Positions 12,822-23,449 of a stretch of DNA of 64,000 nt are shown in pieces. A program made the position numbers and the translations under genes. The notes below the pieces were generated by a model, which ran no database searches, was not told the DNA's origin, and saw nothing but the letters and a program-made list of their open reading frames with translations. The stretch comes from Klebsormidium nitens (taxonomy: Eukaryota; Plantae; Klebsormidiophyceae). Numbering within the stretch: the first letter of the stretch is position 1; each line of letters starts with the position of its first letter. The stretch lies in NCBI GenBank assembly GCA_000708835.1, contig DF237453.1, forward strand, positions 1 to 64,000, read 5' to 3'.

Positions 12822-15800
12822 ATGGATCTTCTTGCAACGGACGATCATATTGCAGCCCTCTCGCCTCTTGAGCTCGTAAATTGGGTGGTGGAACTGAGCT
12901 CTGGAGGTGGGTGACATTTGCTACCACTGTTTGAGCTATCGTTTGCTCCTTCAGCAGACTGCGCACTCTGAACTTGCTACTCTATGTAATCTGTGTCAGC
13001 CACTGGCGGCGCATTGAAAGCTCGTTTGTCAAGCTGATTCCACGTTGATCACGTGCCTTCCGCAGTAACGTCGACAGCAGCCTGTAAAAATCTGTTGAGC
13101 TTTTGTGCAGATGTGGTCTGTGCAGTTGAACACTCTTGCAAATCTTATGCAACTTTCAGATTGGAGCATCACATGACAGTTGAAAAGGAAACCAACCTCA
13201 GTTGGACCAATCAATCAGCTTCATAATGATCCAACGTCTCATCTTCCACAAGCCAACAGCTGACTGTTACTTTGTTGACACCAGGCGATGGCCGGAAGCC
13301 TGTCAAGCACACCGCCCTTCTCAAGCTGGTGTCAAACGCGCTCGCGCTTTCCCCCGACCACGACCCCTACCGCCATTCCCTGGCCTGTTTCAAGTCTCTC
13401 GGCGGGGGCCAGTTCTCACCCGCGCAGCAGAACAGCATGGGCCACCTGCTCCTAGCTGCAATTGACCAGTGTAAACAGGCCCCAACCTTCTCCCACGTTG
13501 ACCTAGCTCCCTCTAGAAACGAGGCTGCTGCTCTGGTGTCGTCCGTCTTCGAGGGGGTTTTCACACTAGAAAGCCGGCTGGTGGTCCGGGTGGCCGCCGC
13601 CTTCGGTGTGAAAAGCCCCGACCTCGGGGACTCAGGGAGAGCCGCAGCGGGCCAGTTTACGAAGAAACTAGTTGCGGATAAAAACTTTGCGGCGGGGATG
13701 GGGCTTGCGCAGCAGCTCGACTTGGGGCCGGAACTAGGGGCGGCGCTTTTGTTGCAGATGTTAGACATGGGGGCGGCGCAGGCTGCGGTCGATTGGGCGA
13801 AGCCATACGGAAAAGAAGTGGGGGCGCGGATAGTGAGGGAACTTGCGGCGAGAGGGGACCATAAGACGGCGTGGCAGATGATTGAGAAGCTGGGAATGCA
13901 GGCCGAGTTTCCAGGGGCGTATATTGCCTACAGGTGAGGATATGGTTTTGACTCTGGCAAGAACGAAAAGAGGGAAGCGACAGTCAGTTTCCAGTGAAGG
14001 AAAGTTCGCTGGTGTAAACAAACGTCGATATTTCTGGTCTTGTGAACTGTAGATGTGAGGGAAACGGGCTCATGCATCCGCGCTTCACTTTTATCTTGGT
14101 GAAGGCAGGGTAAATGATTACAACGATTTCACAGGTATCATTGTCAAACATCTCAAACCCATCCGTGCAAAAAATCTGGGTAACTTTTCTTCTTCAAGAG
14201 CTGTAGTGCAGGTCCAAGAGGGAGAAAAAGATGGCTTTCTGTTGGTCTGCTTGGAAATAGCGTAATCAGTTGAAAGACATTCAACTTCACAATCATCTGG
14301 CGCTTCAACAGAATAATCTGTGTGCATATCAGTCAGTCTGCACGTTGAGGACCGGCTATAAGTCGCTTCAAAGCTTGTGGAAGCTGCCATAGAAAAGTGG
14401 TCGCTTCTCTTTGTCCAGACGATGGTGTGGATCTCAGATGAAAACTTCGACGATCAGCATTCTATCCTCGAGAACGACTCACTTGGCAAACCCTCAAGGA
14501 CCTGTTGGAAGGTTGCTTCTTTCCCTGTTTCGGAACCCATGTTTACCTTCCGCCCCTGTTGGCCCAAACGTCTCTCTCGCAAAGCAATCAGATCGCCTAC
14601 TGGTCGGCCGATATGTCGAACCAACGCATTGTATCAGTCAGCTTATCATGTCCTTTGCTTCGTGAGCTTCTAAGCCGGTATGTCTCGCTTCCCCTCCAGG
14701 AAAACGTCCATCACGAAGCTTGCCAAGAAAGGGGTCTGGGACGTGGCCCGCTCCCTCGCTGAAGAGGACCCGATTCTCAAAGAGCACCTCGTGGAGGCCG
14801 CCATCATCGAAGAAGAGTTCGCCCACGCCGTCGAGTTTGCCGAGCGGTTCGGCCTTGACCACCTCTTAACCGAGGAGGTTGTCTCCGCGTCCGGGCTGCC
14901 AACGCAGACCGACTGCCTAACCCTACCGATCCCTCCTAACCGCGTTTTCTTCGTCGATAACCCGGAGGGTTTAGCGCGGGCTGAAAATGAGATCTGTGCC
15001 TCGGACTTAGTGGGGATCGACTGCGAATGGAAGGCGGACTCAGTTCGGGGGGCGGTCCCAAACCGGGTTGCGTTGCTCCAGCTGGCGACACGTGGCGGCG
15101 CGTGGTTGGTCGACCTGATAACTCTCAGCCAATCCTCCCCCGAAGCTCTAGAGTCTTTCCTCTCCTCGTTCCTTCCCAACGAAAACATCCTGAAACTCGG
15201 GTTTGCGGTCAACGGTGACCTGGACCGAATCTCCAAAACTCACCCCGCAATCCGGGGGGCGCTCCGAAACTGCGGCCCGCTTCTAGACGTCGCCGGGTTA
15301 GCAAACCTGCGGGGAGTTAGAACCAGGTCCTTGAGCGGAATCTGCGGAGTCTGCATCGGAAAGCCGCTTTCTAAACGGGTGCGGATGAGCAACTGGGAGG
15401 AGCGGCCCCTAAGCGAGGCGCAGACGCAGTATGCTGCTCTCGACGCGCTGTGCCTGATTCCGCTCTTCGATCTGCTTACCAACCCGGACTTTCGGGTGCC
15501 AGAGAGAACCGCGTACAGCCAGGCAGCTGATGGGGGGATTGCAACGGTAGAGGAGCCGGGAACGGCGGAAGCTAGCTTTAGAGTCGAGAATGCAGATGAG
15601 TCGGCGGTTGAGGGAGCGACTGGTGATCTGGCTTTGGGCCGAAAAGGAGGGGATCCTGAAACTTTCGAGGGGCTGAGCGAAACCAACGGAGCAGCGCTTA
15701 TAGAGCCTGGATCAGGGCTAGATAGAGAGTTGCAAAGTGAGTTAGAAAGCGGGTTGAGTAGAGATGTAGACAGTGAGAGGTCAGACAAAGGTATAGATGG

Positions 15801-16876
15801 AGGAGAAAACGGTCGACTACAGGAAAACGAGGCGGCCGGAGGGTCAGGCTCTGACGCAACAACCGAGCTGCTTGCGTCAGCAACCGGTACTCTGGAAATG
15901 GTTGGCCCCTCTCTTTCGTCAATGGCGGAATCTCTCTCAGCTTCCCTTGCCGCGCCGGTTAGAAACGAAGACGGGTCCTCGGTTAGTAACTCCGGACGGA
16001 AGCCTCAAAAGCCGTGGCAGAGTTTAGTGTACTTCTACGGGGCCAGGATCGACACGGGGAGGGGCAACAAGCGACGGGAGAAGCGAAAAGGAATGGCAAC
16101 CGAGCGTTTGGAGAAAGCTGATCTACAAGGGCCGCAGTTCTCGGAGAACGGTGCTCTAAGCTCAGGCGGACCGCAGATTGCCGAACCAAAGGCAGAGTAC
16201 TCACTTTTGGCGGGTGAGAAACTAGAGGCGGGAGTCGCTGCGGCGGTCGAAAAGCCGCAGGCGTCAGAGAAGGGAAAGGGGACGTGTGAAAGGAGCAAGT
16301 GGAGCGGGCTGGGGCTTCCCGAGAGAGTCGCGGAGGCGCTTCAGAAAGGAGGGGTGGCGCCCCCGCAGGTTTTAGTGTGCTGGGAGGGAGGGGAAACGGT
16401 GGGGAGAGATAGTGAAAAAGCGGAGGTTGGTGGAGCTGGTAGGGCTGACGTGGATGCGACCGAAGACAACGGGAGTTTGGACGTGAAGGCGGAAGTTGAA
16501 GGGGAGCCATCGAGCTCGCATGTGGGTGTGAGTCCGGTCGATGGGGCCAGCGGGATCCGGCCGGAGCATACGGAGGTGGACGGAAACGGAAGTGGGAGCG
16601 GAAACGGAAGCGGAAGAGAGGTTGAGGATGGAACGGTGAGGGGGGATGAGGACGAGGAGACTCGGGCGCTCGAAGCCTGGCGAGCCGCGAAATTGGCAGC
16701 GGCAGGGGAGCGAAAGGTAGGTCAAGAGGGAAGAGGCTCGGGAACTAGGAGTGGGGAGGAAAGTGGTGGTGTTAGCGAACGGGTGACTGGGAGCGAGGGG
16801 GAGGAGGCCAGTGGACACGTGGCGACGCGCGAGCGGCCAGCGTGGCAGGTGCGATGCATACCTGTGCTGATCTCGG
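12822..16876 (+). CDS. Plant MUT-7/EXD3/Nibbler-type DEDDy 3'-5' exonuclease (Arabidopsis At1g56310-like); exons 12822-12906, 13285-13933, 14700-16876
   Basis: ATG in GCGCCATGG context; GT-AG introns with phases 1 and 2 consistent. Helical N-terminal region ...EFPGAYIAYRKTSITKLAKKGVWDVA matches the plant family as recalled. ExoI GIDCEW, ExoII LGFAVNGDL and ExoIII YAALDA are intact, followed by RMSNWEERPLS and a long acidic Gly/Ser-rich tract. Confidence 0.92.
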
Positions 16877-17345
16877 GTGAGAAACAGCGCAGGGAAGTCT
16901 CAGATGTGCACGCTACTTCTGTCCTGTGGTTGGAGCGTAATCAGTGGGACTCTTGAAGTTCAGACCTTGCAGTGTGACTGCTTCTGCGTCCTCTTATCTT
17001 CCTCTTTCTTATTTGTGACCAGATATGTTATTTCTTGAAAAGTTCTTATCTTCCACTCTAGCGGTTGAGTGGATCACGACTGAACTAAACGACACTTGAA
17101 ACACGAGCATAGGATCCGGAGGAGCGGCCATCGACCTTGTGAGGACTTCCCTGTGAGAAACATTCCTAGCCGCAGCAACTTCTGCTGAGGAGCGTTCGAC
17201 TGATCAGTCCTAGCCTTTTGGCTTCGCTCGCACGGAAGCAGTCCATGATGTCCAACATGGTCAGCAGCTTCGAAAATTTCAGACGTTCTACCCAACATGG
17301 GCGACATCTGATCAAAACCTCGACTGAGTATTTTCATTGTTACAG

Positions 17346-18830
17346 TGCTAGAAGCCGCCGTGACCAGTCGTCCGGCCGCAGTGAACTCTTCGGAGAGCGG
17401 AGTCGAAGCTGACTCGCCGGAGCTTCCCACGCCGCTCGTTCATCCGCCCAAGAAGCTTAGACGTGAGCGCCAAACTGTTGCAGTGTTATTTGCAAAGCTC
17501 AGAGTCTTTCCCGTTTAGCTAGTCCGAAGCGCTCGTTAAAATCTGGACGGCGTTCCCCTGAGAGAGGAGCAAGCGAACGCGACCCAAGGGGCTGCAAAGC
17601 CTGTGGCCTTATAGAATCCAGCGACAACAAATTACACATATTAGTCAATTTTGACAGATTCTCGGATTTTCTGCATCTGTGCTGACCGGTCACTGTCGTT
17701 AGCGGCTTTGTAAGACTGAGCTTAGAATGCAATTGTAGAAACAGTTTTCCGCCTATTACTCGACAGGGTCTTACAGTTTTGACTCGCGGTGTTGCGCCTT
17801 TTTCCCGGCTCAACCACGTGACAACTTGCTTGACCTATGTAGACATCTGCCTCCCATCCTTATACGTTACTGGTATCTTCCTTTCGAACTTATCAAGTGC
17901 TAGGGCAACGTTAGTGTGGACTGTTAGCGGCTCGCCTATGCGACCAGGTAGTCTGTTGAAGCTCTTTCACTCCAGATTCAGGACAAAAACAATACGTCCA
18001 TCTCTATGACCAATGAGAAATTGCACAACGGAGTTTGTCAGGCTAAGGGGATCCCTCTTCTCGAATGCAGTAAGGCCTGTTGTGCTTCTCATCGGCGAGG
18101 GGCGAACCCCTGATCTCCAGGTTGTCATTAAACACCTGGGCATGCCCGGAAAGTGAGAAAGCAACCCCTATTGTGCTCCCCTCTTTTCGTTCCTCTTTCT
18201 CTGCTCTCTCGTTTCTGCGTGCGACGCTTTCGGGTAGATAAGTTACCTATTGATTAAGGTATGCAAGTGTCCCGCAGTTCATGAGAGGAAGTGTGCCGAC
18301 TGGCATGCCGCCCTTGCCTGCGCATGGCATCTGTCTGTCGCCGTTTTCCCTCGTGCCCAAAGTCGATCGTACTTGCACGCTTCTTTCCGCAAACGACGAA
18401 GGTCGTTTGAAAAGGCTGCCGAGTCAGAGCGTCTGCAGTGATGTGCCTGGTTACTGTAGCAAAAGATTCAATCGCATTCCTGCCTTCCCAAGTACGCCAC
18501 GTATAAAATCTTAAGTAAAGAATCCTGTTCCCGGAGCAGTAACGTTCGGCCACGTAGCAATTGCTGCTGAAGAGAAACACCTAAACTCTTTGTTGTTCCT
18601 CGCAGACTGGCTTGGATCGCCGACGACCACGAGTGTCTGACCTACTTCGGCTACCCCCCCGCGCTGCTCCCCCCGACCGGCCACGTGAAAAGAGCGCTTC
18701 TAGCTTTCGACAGCAAGCTGAGATCACAGCTCGGAAAAGCGGGGGCCCGGGTTGTGACCGCTTCCGGCAGAGAGGGGGTCTCTCTCGCCTGGGAAATAGG
18801 CCCCCTGGTCCGGTCAACTGGGGCCATTTC
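17346..18830 (+). CDS. YbaK/aminoacyl-tRNA-editing (ProX/INS)-like domain exons, probably the same gene as the exonuclease; exons 17346-17462, 18071-18152, 18606-
   Basis: Phase-consistent GT-AG splicing gives ...RPVVLLIGEGRTPDLQVVIKHLGMPGK|LAWIADDHECLTYFGYPPALLPPTGHVKRALLAFDSKLRSQLGKAGARVVTASG. This matches the C-terminal half of YbaK (VLVL..G...D...LG...LA...E...GY..G..PP.GH...vD..L...V..aG). Confidence 0.68.
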
Positions 18831-20454
18831 GCGGGACTTTGCAATCAAGGAGGCAGTTGGGCTGGAGGGCCGAACGGAAGAGAGTGGGGAGCGGAAGAGC
18901 GGAACGGAAGAGGGTGGGGAGCATGAGAGCGGAATGGAAGAGAGTGGGCGGGCGGAAAGCGACCGTGATGGAACTAGCGGAGAGGAGACAGCGGAAACCG
19001 GCGAGATCGTGGGGGCTGCATCCTTTGACAACGGTGCGTTGGAAAATAGAACGGCCGAGGAGGATGGGAGCAATTTGCGAGCAAACGAGCAGGGGTCCGA
19101 CGATGGAGCGAGGCGAAGCGGAAATCTTCAGGGGGGCGCAGTTTCCGGCGGAGTTGGGACGGAAAAGGGCGGAGCTTCACCGGAAGGCGGGAGCGGAGAC
19201 GGCGGTGATTCTGGGAAAGCCGAAAATCGAAAGCGCGTTGGCGCAGGGGAATGTTTAGGGTTGCCGCCACCCGACCAAGCGTTCGATTTGAACGGGCCAA
19301 CGGATGTGAACGGGGTCGACGTAACTGCAGTGAACCATTCAGGGGGATCCCTCTCCGCGGGCTGTGAGGAGGTTGCGACGTGGGATGAAGTGGGCCGGAG
19401 TGCGTCGGGAGGGGAAAACGCGGGGACTGCGTCCGTGAGGAGGGGTGCGGAAAGTGCGTCCGGAGGGGGGGGTGCAAAAAGTGCGTCCGGAGGGGGGGGT
19501 GCCGAGACTGTGTCCGGAAGGGGGTTGCGGAAAATGCGACTGGAGGGGGGGCTGCCGAGGAGGCTGTGTTTCGACAGAGGTTTGCAGAGACTACGTTTGG
19601 AAGGAAGGTTGCAAAACGTGCGTCCGAAGGGAGGGGTGTCGAGGCTGCGTCTAGGGGGCGGTTTGCCGAGAGTGCTTCCGGAGGGGTGACTGAGAGTGCC
19701 TCTGAAGGGGGGGTGACCGAGACTGCGTCTATAGAGGGGGTTGCCGAGACTGCTGCTGGAGGGGGGGGTCGCCACACTGCGGTTGGAGGGGGGACGGAAA
19801 GACGTGCCGCAGGTCTGGTGGGCTCCCTAAGAGCTGACGGAGGCGTACTGGCTGTGAGGTTTCATCGACCAAGTTGGGAAACCGAAACCATTCTAGAACT
19901 CCCTTTAGAACCCTGGTACAGCCCCCCCAGCAAAGTAGAGCAGCTTGTCAGGGTCGCCGAAGATCCAGCGGGATGTGTGACCTGTGAGCAAGTGGGGGGG
20001 TCCGAACACGGGTCCGCCGTGCCCCCCAGAACGTTCAGGAAACGAAAACCGCGTCCCCCGAAAAAGAGCCCCCTGGCAGGAACGGGTCGGTTCGTTGGGC
20101 TGGGCACGAGAAAGGAGCTAGAGACGCTGGTTGCAGTGCTCGGGGGATCATCCCGGGGATCGCGTGGCGTGAGCAACGGGCTGGGGGAAACTAGAGTGGT
20201 GCGAGAAACAGCCGCTCCGGAAAAGCGGTCGGGGTACGATCCCCGGTCGTCGTTTCGGGAGGCGTGGGCTGCGGAAGCGGAGAGAAAGCGGCCATTTTGG
20301 GCGGGGTGGTTTTCCGGCGCGCAAACGTCCGCCCGGTACGAACCACCGGGGGCGATTCGCCCGCCTTGGAGGGAGCCGGTTGGTCAGTCACCGGTCGGTG
20401 GTTTTGGTTGGTTGACTGACAAGGAGTTACACCCTGCGGACAACCCTTGTGCTG
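18831..20454 (+). CDS. C-terminal continuation of the same exon: low-complexity region, minisatellite, then an unknown module; contains a 1-nt frameshift near 19520-19524
   Basis: ORFs 18685-19689 and 19566-20462 overlap in different frames. Adding one G to the G5 run at 19520-19524 joins them and restores the repeat reading (AETVSGRGV-AENATGGGA). Possible donor G|GTAGGT at 20455. Confidence 0.55.
19445..19800 (+). repeat. Coding minisatellite, ~27-nt unit x ~13 (AESASGGGG-like)
   Basis: Repeated GCCGAGA(C/G)TG(C/T)GTC(C/T)GGAGGGGG-like units encode AESASGGGG, AKSASGGGG, AETVSGRGV, TESASEGGV, AETAAGGGG and similar. Confidence 0.85.
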
Positions 20455-20879
20455 GTAGGTAGCGTGCAAACACCCGGTCGTCAGCACGTCGACCTACCAG
20501 ATGAGGTTGGATTTTTCGAGAGTTCGCTCCGCGCCTATTATCAGCGTGTAAAACTTATACGGCTCACTTGTCTTCGCAAAGGGCACCAGGCCCATGTTAT
20601 GTCACGAGAAGTAGTTTTTGGTATTAGTCCAGTCCAAGTACGCATCCTTGAGAAGAGCCGTGATCGAGCCCGTCCGCCGACCCCTTTATTGCTGTGTCCC
20701 CATCTCTTCCCTCCACTCATACCATTTTTGTTACTATCACCCAACATTCGTCATTCGTGGCGACCTTCTCCTTAGATATGTTCTTGGAATTCTCAAAAAG
20801 CCGCCCACGTCAGCTCGTCCTTCGCTGGGATTCTCGTCCACTTGTGTCCGTAGATGTTAAATTGTGGTGACCATAACCC

Positions 20880-21250
20880 CCGGCTTTAGAGTCCCCAACT
20901 CACGTCCTTCTTGAATCAAACTTGGGTCCATATTCTGATTAGCGCCATGTTTCGAATGCAGGTATGGCAGCACAACGCGACGAAGTTCTCGGTGTGCCTC
21001 CAAGCGCTCGCCTGGCCCGCTCAGCCGGAGTCTCGAGGCCCTGTTTGAGGACACACCATATGATACGGGACGGATTATGCCCAGGTAAGGAATCTGACCT
21101 CGTAAACAAGGCCTCTCTTCTGACGCCATGTGTCATTGTCCCATCTTCCAAGAACTCCTACTGTTCAAGGAGTTCGGAAATCTATTCAATAATTGCTGCC
21201 ATGATAGCATCCTCAAACGCGAACCAAGCTGTTTCTACAAGCGCCTAATC
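20880..21250 (-). pseudogene. Decayed coding remnant of unknown family
   Basis: Protein-like reading (ALVETAWFAFEDAIMAAIIE*ISELLEQ*EFLEDG; ERLEAHRELRRVVLPYLHSKHG) is interrupted by TAG stops and a frame change. Confidence 0.3.
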
Positions 21251-22960
21251 GTTGATCCTTAAATGCACCCATTCATCAAATCATACCTTTCGCAGGTTTT
21301 GCTCTCCGGCCGACCTTTTTGGGTGGAGCGTTGAAAGCCAACCCTTCGACGGGTGTCGTGCGGATGAGATGGGCCGCAAAGGTCTGCCTAGGATGTTAGG
21401 CCAGTTCCTGTCCGCCCCTCAGGCTCCCAAAACCTTCACTGGACGCCTAATTGAACATCGGATAACTTTGTCGAGCCTGCCACCCCGTTCCATTCCTTTC
21501 CGTGTTTGTATGAAAGCTTTGGTATGTCAACCCCTCGCCCCACGAAGGGAGAGCACAAATGCATTCCCGAGGTCGCCGGTCGAGATTGTGCTTGATTGGT
21601 CAATCCTTCGACAGTCGACTCAGCCGACATGATCGTGTTCGAGTGCGCGATAGCCTTTGAAGCAGAGTGATACTGACAGCTATTGCAAATCACATGGCAA
21701 TGATGTGGACCTCCGCCCATGCATGCACTCTGGTTATACATGTATGCCAAGATTCGTCGATATTGCGCACTGGTACCGTAATCAAACGGCGCGACCTGAT
21801 TGCCCGGCTGGCTCTGGCCTGCGGACGCATACGCAGTGGCCCGACACTGCGCGAGACCAGCATATGTCATGCGTCAGGTTACCTTCGATTATATGTAGAT
21901 AAAGTGAGCCGCGCCCCAGCGACGCGCGCAGCGCACTGACATGGCGGCTTGGATATCGACTTGATCATGATGTCGATCACGCGGATATACGATGTATCAA
22001 TTAATCAATGTGCTGCATGGCCGCGGCGCGCATGGCAACTTGGCAACGACCAACTATGGATGGCGGGCCGTACTGTTGCTTGCTAAGCACCGGCCAGCAA
22101 TTACTGCGTCAGGTACGTCGCGTATGTCGTAGTTAATCCTATTCAACGCACGTATACCGGCGGCGTATACAGAACTGCTCGCCGGTGGTGTTGGCGCATG
22201 CAGCTGCGCGGCTGCATGCCTGTACGTGACCGTCGCAACATGCGACTTGCTGGCACGGGACCGCTGCCGCAACTTGGCAATGATTCAAATGCGATATGCC
22301 ACCTTTGCCAGCATGCAGCGCGCGCGAGGATAACGACTCAGAGTTAATCAGATTGGCCAAATTGAGTTGTATACATCATAATTCGCACATTGAGTCACCG
22401 TGTCTAATTGTCCCGGAGTGAGTCCGTTTTATTGTACGTCGACTAACTTGGAACGGATTGCTCATGCAAGATCAGCGACTAAGACAGTCTACTGGTGCTC
22501 GGGAGAGGGGAACCGGTCTGTCTGCTACAGGCTTCGAGTCCACGCTGTCATGCAGCGTACGTCGCCCAAAGCGTGAATGCAGCACGTTACCCTCCTTCAA
22601 GTAGAAGTCACGGTGAAGAGGCAGGCTTCCAATATTAACGTGGCGAGGTACACGCACTTCTCAATCATGCAGTATGCTTGCGCGTGATTTCTATGTTGCA
22701 AGTTGCAAAATCTGCATGCCGTACGTTTAGGCAACTCCGGCCCTAGCCCAGTGTTGCGATTCACGAAAAAGACTAGACCTGGCCACAATCCGTTGAAGCC
22801 TGGGGACTGCTGCGCTTTCGACCGTTCCTCAATGCTTCTTTTTGAGCCCATCGCCTCGTTTCACAGACTTTGCACAGCGTCTGGCCCGTTTGACTCTATC
22901 GTTAACTTGGTATGCTACCGTTGAAATTTAGTGTTGGACTAATTGAGAAGGGGGTAAAGC

Positions 22961-23015
22961 CTGATCAGACGGCTCCGCCGCCGTCTACTGATCAGACGGC
23001 TCCGCCGCCGTCTAC
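22961..23015. repeat. 27-bp perfect tandem duplication; each unit contains a 7-bp stem-loop
   Basis: CTGATCAGACGGCTCCGCCGCCGTCTA x2. AGACGGC and GCCGTCT are reverse complements around a 6-nt loop. Confidence 0.9.
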
Positions 23016-23449
23016 AGTCCTACAGCGTGGCGCAACACTGACTGTCCTGTCGGCATTTTCGCTGCCCTCCAAAATATGCTGACGCGAGCGCCAGCTTGAT
23101 CCTTTGCTCAGGCCGCATCTTTCAAGTTCGCTGCTCAACAGTTGCGGACTTGAATAGCTGGCTTCTCTGTTAAGTCGGAAACGGAATTTAGTGTCTGAAC
23201 AAAAAGCTATGCTTCGCCGGATGGGGCAGGCGGCTCTGATAGTTTGAAGGAAGACAGTACCTGCTCGAAGTCGGACTTAGCCTCCGCCCACCGGGTTTGG
23301 GCCGCAGAGGCGGTGACGACGTAGAAATGTCCTGCGACAAAAGGGTGAAACATGCAAACTATCAGCAAGGAACTACAGTCAGCAAGAAAATGTACAAGAC
23401 TTGCTGACTAGATGCACTTGGCCTTCCGGCGACCGGAAGGCAGTGGCGA

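Noticed and set aside
15240-19777. Several long minus-strand Pro/Ser-rich ORFs (15240-15788, 15983-16510, 18974-19777, 19128-19775)
   Set aside because: Antisense shadows of GC-rich low-complexity exons of the exonuclease gene.
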